A stretch of 32,526 nt of DNA from Candidatus Ornithomonoglobus sp. Lineage in GTDB: Bacteria; Bacillota; Clostridia; UBA1381. This document shows, in pieces, positions 26,941 to 32,526 of the stretch (positions within the stretch are counted from its first letter, which is position 1; each line of letters starts with the position of its first letter). A program made the position numbers and the translations under genes. The notes under the pieces are model-generated. The model was not told the origin of the DNA, did not search any database, and saw only the letters and a list, made by a program, of their open reading frames with translations. Where the stretch lies: contig JAZOBR010000032.1 in assembly GCA_045596105.1 (NCBI GenBank), forward strand, positions 1 to 32,526, in the 5' to 3' direction.

Positions 26941-28611
26941 TTATTTATCTGCTTTTGTCTTTTTTGTTGCGGTATTCTTTCTTGTTGCCGATGCCGCTGG
27001 GCCTACCTCCTCAAAAGGGTTTTTAACCTCGACTGTCTTTTTCTCCTTCGCCGCCTCAATAACCGCCTTTTCCGATTCCTCAAAATCCTTACGGATTGTT
27101 TCCTCGAAGGCAGGCTTTTTTACTGTCGGCTTCTTTACCGCCTTTTTAGGCTCTGTCCTTTTCGGGCGCATAGCACCTGAAATTTCAGAGTACATATCAA
27201 TATATTTCTCCGCCGATACATCCCAGGAATAATCCGCCGCCATTGCCTGCTTAACAAGCTTTGCCCAGGCAGTCTTGTTATTATAATAAACATCCATGGC
27301 TGAATAGATTGAGCCAAGCATCTCATCTGCGTTATAGTTTGCAAAGGAGAAGCCGTAGCCCTCACCTGTGAATTTATTATACGGCTTGACTGTATCCTTC
27401 AAACCGCCCGTTTCACGGACAACAGGAAGTGTGCCGTACTTCATTGAGATTATCTGCGACAAGCCACATGGCTCAAAGGCTGACGGCATCAAGAATGCAT
27501 CGCACGCCGCGTATATTTTATGCGATAGCTCATTTGAATATGTTATTCTTGCCTGGAATGCCTCGGGGTATTTCCACGAATAGTGACGGAACAGGTTTTC
27601 GTACTTTTCATCACCTGTACCCAAAACCACTATCTGACATCCACCATTGGTGCAAAGCTCCTCAAGCTTATATGCAATAAGGTCAAGGCCCTTCTGGTCG
27701 GTCAGTCTTGACACAACACCTATCAACAGCTTATCCGGGTCCTCAGGCAAGCCGAATTCACGCTGAAGAGCCGCCTTGTTCTCTGCCTTGCCCGACTTCA
27801 CTGTACGGGGTGTGTACTTTTTATAAATAAATTCATCCTTCTGGGGGTTCCAGTCCTCATAGGAGATACCATTTAGGATACCCACCACATCATTTGAACG
27901 GGCACGCAAAAGTGAGTCAAGTCCCTCACCGTAATACGGTGTCTTGATTTCCTCGGCATAGGTATCAGACACTGTGGAAATCCTGTTTGCGTATACCATA
28001 CCACCCTTAAGGATGTTGGCATCCTCGTAAAATTCAAGCTTATCCGATGTGAAGTAGTAATCCGAAATACCCATAGCATCCTTTATGCCCTTGAAATCCC
28101 ATCTGCCCTGAAACTTCAGGTTGTGGATTGTCATAACCGTCTTTATTCCCTGATAGAAAGGATTATTACGGCAAGTGTCAAGAAATACAGGCACCGCACC
28201 TGTCTGCCAATCGTTACAGTTGATTACATCAGGGCAGAAGCCGATTGTGGGAAGCACCGACAACACCGCCTTTGAGAAAAATATAAACTTCTCGCAATCA
28301 AGGTGAATATGGTCATATGGCTTATCCCCGCTGAAATAGAACTCATTATCTATGAAATAATACGTGCAGTTATTGTGCTTAAGCTCAAAAATACCGCAAT
28401 ACTGCTTACGCCACGCAATATCGATATAGATGTTTGTGATATACTTCATCTCGTCACGATATTTTTGGGGTATAGCCTTGTATAAAGGCATTATAACACG
28501 AGCATCCACACCCTTTTCCACCAACGCCTGGGGAAGTGAGCCTGCTACGTCACCTAAGCCACCCGTTTTAATGAATGGTGCACATTCTGATGTCGCAAAT
28601 AATATATTCAT
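26941..28611 (-). CDS. glgA: Glycogen synthase (ADP-glucose type, GT5) with a 77-aa Lys-rich C-terminal extension
   Basis: MNILFATSECAPFIKTGGLGDV carries the KTGGL motif. The ATG at 28611 is preceded by a GGAGG SD. The canonical GlgA end (SWDVSAEKYIDMYSEISG) is followed by an extra tail. Confidence 0.92.
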   Translation of the reverse strand: MNILFATSECAPFIKTGGLGDVAGSLPQALVEKGVDARVIMPLYKAIPQKYRDEMKYITNIYIDIAWRKQYCGIFELKHNNCTYYFIDNEFYFSGDKPYDHIHLDCEKFIFFSKAVLSVLPTIGFCPDVINCNDWQTGAVPVFLDTCRNNPFYQGIKTVMTIHNLKFQGRWDFKGIKDAMGISDYYFTSDKLEFYEDANILKGGMVYANRISTVSDTYAEEIKTPYYGEGLDSLLRARSNDVVGILNGISYEDWNPQKDEFIYKKYTPRTVKSGKAENKAALQREFGLPEDPDKLLIGVVSRLTDQKGLDLIAYKLEELCTNGGCQIVVLGTGDEKYENLFRHYSWKYPEAFQARITYSNELSHKIYAACDAFLMPSAFEPCGLSQIISMKYGTLPVVRETGGLKDTVKPYNKFTGEGYGFSFANYNADEMLGSIYSAMDVYYNNKTAWAKLVKQAMAADYSWDVSAEKYIDMYSEISGAMRPKRTEPKKAVKKPTVKKPAFEETIRKDFEESEKAVIEAAKEKKTVEVKNPFEEVGPAASATRKNTATKKTKADK

Positions 28612-28656
28612 AATATCCTCCTTGCAAAATCCACTCATGTATACTCTAATTCTAAT

Positions 28657-28685
28657 ATTTTACCACATTTTCAGTGATTTGTCAA
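28657..28685 (-). promoter_or_regulatory. Putative internal sigma-A promoter for glgA-glgP-GH13
   Basis: The minus strand reads TTGACA (28680-28685), a 17-nt spacer, then TAAAAT (28657-28662) with an extended TGg. Confidence 0.55.
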
Positions 28686-28730
28686 ATTGAAATGAACAAT
28701 CCCTTATTGGTGTTTTATCCCAGAAAACCG

Positions 28731-28770
28731 CGAAAAAATTACTTGAGCGCCCCGAAGCACTCAAGTAATT
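28731..28770 (-). terminator. Rho-independent terminator after glgD
   Basis: The minus-strand RNA AAUUACUUGAGUGC-UUCGGG-GCGCUCAAGUAAUU (one G-U pair) is followed by UUUUUU. Confidence 0.7.
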
Positions 28771-28789
28771 TCATGGTCTTTAATTTCTA

Positions 28790-29908
28790 TCAGATTACTG
28801 AACCCTTTGAGATTGCCAAGGGGTAGCTCTCCTGTCCGATAAGCTTTCTTCCGCTTGTGATTTCAACCTCCTTGTCAAATACCACATGGCTTACCTTTGC
28901 TCCCGACTTGATAACACTATCCTGCATAATTATCGAATTCTCAACAACTGCACCCTTTTCAACCACAACACCCCGTGATAGGATTGAATTCACTACTGTT
29001 CCCTCTATCACGCAGCCATCGGATATAAAGCTGTTCTTTGTAACTGCATCCTCACCATACTTTGAAGGACTTTGTCCCTTTGTCTTGGTATAAATTGGTC
29101 TTTCGGGGGTGAAGAATTCTGCACGTCTCTCAGCCTTTAAAAACTCCATGTTTGTACAGTAGTATGATTTCATTGAGTCAACCTTGTTAAAGTGACCATT
29201 AAACTTATAACCAAAGACTCTCATACCCTCCATCTTCTTAACAATGGCATCCTTGACAAAATCTGTGTCCCCACGAGCCGAACACTCGTCGATGATGCTT
29301 TCGAGAAGTGCCTTTTCCATCACATATATTTCAAGTGATGCATTTGTTGACTTAGGATAGAAGGGTTGAACCTCTATGTCGTTTATGCGTCCCTCACCAT
29401 CTACGTCAAACAATGTGAAATGTGACAGATCCCCATCGGGAGTGCCGTTAATATCCTTATATATCGCAGTAATATCCGCCTCAGTCTCAATGTGGGCATC
29501 AATTACATCATCAAAATCAATATTGTAAACCATATTACCCAAAGACAGAATAACGTATGTTTCACGGCTACGGCGTATATAATCACGGATACCTGCCAGA
29601 AGATCAATGTTACCCTTGATTACATTATAGGTTCTGTTCTCAAGATTAGGAGGCAAAACCTTTAAGCCTGAATTCTTGCGGTCAAGGTCCCAGGGCTTTC
29701 CTGACCTTGTATGGTCCATAAGTGATGAGTAGTTAGACTCTGTGGCAATACCCACATTGACTATTCCTGCGTTTGCCATATTTGACAACACAAAATCAAT
29801 AATTCTGTATCTACCTGCAATGGGAAGCGCGCTATCGGCCCTTATATCGGTAAGAGGCGCAATTCTTTCATCACCTGTAAGAATAATACCCATAGTATCA
29901 TTTCTCAT
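28790..29908 (-). CDS. glgD: Glucose-1-phosphate adenylyltransferase regulatory subunit GlgD
   Basis: It is homologous in layout to GlgC but has a degenerate nucleotide-binding loop (GIILTGDERIAPLT in place of GGxGxRL). A left-handed beta-helix forms the C-terminus. The ATG at 29908 lies 10 nt after AAAGGAG. Confidence 0.85.
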   Translation of the reverse strand: MRNDTMGIILTGDERIAPLTDIRADSALPIAGRYRIIDFVLSNMANAGIVNVGIATESNYSSLMDHTRSGKPWDLDRKNSGLKVLPPNLENRTYNVIKGNIDLLAGIRDYIRRSRETYVILSLGNMVYNIDFDDVIDAHIETEADITAIYKDINGTPDGDLSHFTLFDVDGEGRINDIEVQPFYPKSTNASLEIYVMEKALLESIIDECSARGDTDFVKDAIVKKMEGMRVFGYKFNGHFNKVDSMKSYYCTNMEFLKAERRAEFFTPERPIYTKTKGQSPSKYGEDAVTKNSFISDGCVIEGTVVNSILSRGVVVEKGAVVENSIIMQDSVIKSGAKVSHVVFDKEVEITSGRKLIGQESYPLAISKGSVI

Positions 29909-29929
29909 TATCAATCACTCCTTTCCCAT

Positions 29930-31138
29930 TCACGCCTGCACCATAGATTCACGAGGTATGTATGCACCATCTGAAACCACAGCACCTGCTTCAACCAATA
30001 CGATTCCGTGTGTGCAATACTCTGACTTGTAAGGATTTGTGTCCCCGCCGTCTGTTGTGCCAACCTTTGCATCCTTGCCGACAACAGCCTTATCTCCAAC
30101 AACTGTCTTTTCAACTACTGCACCCTCACCGATTACAGCACCCGGCATAATAACAGAGTCCTTAATAACTGCACCCTTGCCGACTGTAACACCACTGAAT
30201 ATTACGGAGTGGTCAACTTCACCCTCGATTACGCACCCCTCTGTTACGGTTGAGTTTTTAATCCTTGCATCCTCACCAACATAGTGGGGCATCAAGGCAT
30301 AGCTTCTTGAATAGATACGCCATTCGCGGTCATTTAAATCAAACTTCGGCGGATTGTCAATCAAATCCATATTTGCTTCCCAAAGTGACTGGATTGTTCC
30401 AACATCCTTCCAGTAGCCTTCAAATTGGTACGCCATCATTTTCTCACCGTCTGCGAGCATCTTCGGAATGATGTTCTTCCCAAAATCGTTTGATGATTCA
30501 TGGTCACGCTCATCGTCTGTAAGATACTTCTTCAGAATGTCATACTTGAAGATATACACACCCATAGATGCAAGGTTGCTCTTAGGGTTAGCAGGCTTTT
30601 CCTCAAACTCGATTATCTGTCCCTCGTCGTTTGTGTTCATAATACCAAAACGCTTTGCCTCTTCCCAATCGACAGGCATTACCGCAATGGTAACTGCGGC
30701 ATCACTCTTAATGTGAGTCTTCAGCATCTTGCCATAATCCATCTTATAAATATGGTCACCTGACAGAATCAATACATTCTCGGGATTGAAGCCATCGAGG
30801 AAGCTAAGATTCTGATAGATGGCATTTGCTGTACCCTTATACCACTCACCTGCGCTTGCACTCTGGTACGGGGGAAGCACAAATGCGCCGCCACGGGAAC
30901 GGTCCAAATCCCACGGCTTGCCATTTCCGATATATGTGTTCAGCTCAAGGGGCTGATACTGTGTCAAAACACCAACGGTGTCAATTCCTGACTGAACACA
31001 GTTTGACAACGGGAAATCAATTATTCTATACTTACCGCCAAAGGGAACGGCAGGCTTTGCCACAGTCTTTGTCAATGCACCCAATCTTGAGCCCTGACCA
31101 CCGGCAAGTATCATCGCTACACATTTCTTTGATGCCAT
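29930..31138 (-). CDS. glgC: Glucose-1-phosphate adenylyltransferase catalytic subunit GlgC
   Basis: The motifs [16 protein letters not shown] (GGxGxRL) and [14 protein letters not shown] are present, with a hexapeptide-repeat C-terminus. The ATG at 31138 is preferred because the ATG at 31147 abuts the AGGAG SD. Confidence 0.93.
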   Translation of the reverse strand: MASKKCVAMILAGGQGSRLGALTKTVAKPAVPFGGKYRIIDFPLSNCVQSGIDTVGVLTQYQPLELNTYIGNGKPWDLDRSRGGAFVLPPYQSASAGEWYKGTANAIYQNLSFLDGFNPENVLILSGDHIYKMDYGKMLKTHIKSDAAVTIAVMPVDWEEAKRFGIMNTNDEGQIIEFEEKPANPKSNLASMGVYIFKYDILKKYLTDDERDHESSNDFGKNIIPKMLADGEKMMAYQFEGYWKDVGTIQSLWEANMDLIDNPPKFDLNDREWRIYSRSYALMPHYVGEDARIKNSTVTEGCVIEGEVDHSVIFSGVTVGKGAVIKDSVIMPGAVIGEGAVVEKTVVGDKAVVGKDAKVGTTDGGDTNPYKSEYCTHGIVLVEAGAVVSDGAYIPRESMVQA

Positions 31139-31150
31139 TTTCTTCATCTC

Positions 31151-32526
31151 CTATTTTTCATTCTTTCTTTTTAATATCATTGCACTGTTGCCATCAATGG
31201 AAAGGACTATTGTATATCCCATATCACCATACGGCTCCTTTCGCGCAACATACTTCATTTTATTAATTTTTCTATCCCCACCAAATTCAGTTGAGTTGGA
31301 GTGTATTATAACCTCATATGTGCCCCCCTCGGGAACACCAATTTTATATGTCCCTCTGTCAACACCTGTGAAGTTTGCAACAACCGCCAGGGTGTCCTCC
31401 TTTTTCTTACCCTTTCTGAGGTATGACACAACCGAATTTTCGTTGTCACCTTCGTTTATCCAGCTAAAGCCGTCCCAGCTTGTGTCACATTGCCACAACG
31501 CCTTTTCCGACTTATAGAGTCCGTTTAGTGTCTTTACAAAGCTATGCAGTCTTTTGTGCCTTTCGTTATGGAGAACATTCCATTCCAGCTCCTCATCATA
31601 ACGCCACTCCAAGAACTGACCAATCTCACCTCCCATAAACATAAGCTTCTTACCCGGCATTGTCATATAGTAGGTCAAAAACGCCTTATATGCCGAGAAC
31701 TTATCATCATACGTGCCGAACATTTTATCTATCAATGAATGCTTGCCATGCACCACCTCATCATGGGATAGGGGCAGAATAAAGTTCTCCGAGTAAGCAT
31801 ACATCATCAAGAATGTCAACAAGGAATGATTGCCTTTCCTGAAAAGGGGGTCCATTGACACATACCTGAGAGTGTCATTCATCCATCCCATATTCCACTT
31901 AAAGTTAAAGCCAAGACCATCATTTTCGGGCGGTGCCGTAACCAAAGGCCACGCCGTTGATTCCTCCGCTATGGTTATAAAGCCTGGCTTTTCTGTAAGC
32001 AGGGTTATGTTTATTCTCTTCAAAAGCTCCACAGCTTCAAGGTTTCCGTTACCGCCATATTCATTGGCTACCCACTCACCATCGTTTCTTGAGTAGTCAC
32101 GATATAGCATAGAGGACACCGCATCCACTCTTATTCCGTCAATGTGATACTCCTCTGCCCAGAAATATGCCGAGGACATAAGGAAGGATATAACCTCACC
32201 CTTGGCAAAGTCAAACACCATCGTTCCCCAATCCTTATGCTCACCCTCTCGCCAATCTGCGTATTCATAACAGGGCGTACCGTCAAATATACGAAGTCCG
32301 TGAGCGTCCCTCGGGAAATGGGCAGGTACCCAGTCCATTATAACGCCTATGCCTGATTCGTGGCACTTGTCAACTAGATATTTCAAGTCCTCAGGCTTCC
32401 CATATCGCGAGGTTGCGGCAAAATAGCCTGTTACCTGATACCCCCACGAGCCGTCAAAGGGATGCTCTGTAACAGGCATAAATTCCACGTGCGTATAGCC
32501 CATATCCTTTACGTATTGTACCAGCT
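31151..32526 (-). CDS. glgB: 1,4-alpha-glucan branching enzyme GlgB, 3' part (the reading frame stays open to the window edge)
   Basis: The GH13 regions [28 protein letters not shown] and [12 protein letters not shown] are present. Translation continues upstream of the M at 32503 (..[15 protein letters not shown]), so the N-terminus lies outside the window. Confidence 0.93.
   Translation of the reverse strand, partial: LVQYVKDMGYTHVEFMPVTEHPFDGSWGYQVTGYFAATSRYGKPEDLKYLVDKCHESGIGVIMDWVPAHFPRDAHGLRIFDGTPCYEYADWREGEHKDWGTMVFDFAKGEVISFLMSSAYFWAEEYHIDGIRVDAVSSMLYRDYSRNDGEWVANEYGGNGNLEAVELLKRINITLLTEKPGFITIAEESTAWPLVTAPPENDGLGFNFKWNMGWMNDTLRYVSMDPLFRKGNHSLLTFLMMYAYSENFILPLSHDEVVHGKHSLIDKMFGTYDDKFSAYKAFLTYYMTMPGKKLMFMGGEIGQFLEWRYDEELEWNVLHNERHKRLHSFVKTLNGLYKSEKALWQCDTSWDGFSWINEGDNENSVVSYLRKGKKKEDTLAVVANFTGVDRGTYKIGVPEGGTYEVIIHSNSTEFGGDRKINKMKYVARKEPYGDMGYTIVLSIDGNSAMILKRKNEK

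Overview
This window looks like a core chromosomal segment of a spore-forming Gram-positive anaerobe (Clostridia-like gene content, strong GGAGG ribosome-binding sites, moderate GC by eye). Nearly all of it is tightly packed housekeeping coding sequence in three strand blocks. Block 1 (1-9600, minus strand) is one compact gene string: OmpR-type response regulator, histidine kinase, GerM-domain protein, ZapA, U32 peptidase, Maf, then the start of mreB. It also holds a divergent PBP5-type D-Ala-D-Ala carboxypeptidase and an NfeD-SPFH (stomatin) pair. A lone tRNA-Lys(CTT) follows at 9955-10030. Block 2 (10219-17117, plus strand) carries a secreted C69 dipeptidase and a patatin-like lipase. It continues with a membrane-anchored HlyD-like protein fused onto the ylmE(yggS)-sepF-ylmH-divIVA division cluster, then mscL. 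Block 3 (17462-32526, minus strand) is a trmL-apgM-ytvI-metG operon and a glycogen cluster, glgB(partial)-glgC-glgD | glgA-glgP-GH13 amylase. I found no transposase, integrase, CRISPR array, reverse transcriptase, or recognisable defence or toxin module, and no convincing novel multi-gene system. The least explained elements are non-coding. One is a dense array of six TCGATAT/ATATCGA heptamers around a central hairpin, between the tRNA-Lys terminator and the nfeD promoter (9756-9894). The other is a small orphan transcription unit at 17122-17403: a near-consensus promoter, a 47-codon ORF with no Shine-Dalgarno, and an unusually long ~79-nt hairpin. The protein-level oddities are an orphan HlyD-like adaptor in the division cluster, a 77-aa Lys-rich tail on GlgA, a basic cytoplasmic tail on the carboxypeptidase, and a duplicated N-terminal module in SepF. 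All functional calls rest on motif recognition by eye. No database search was run.
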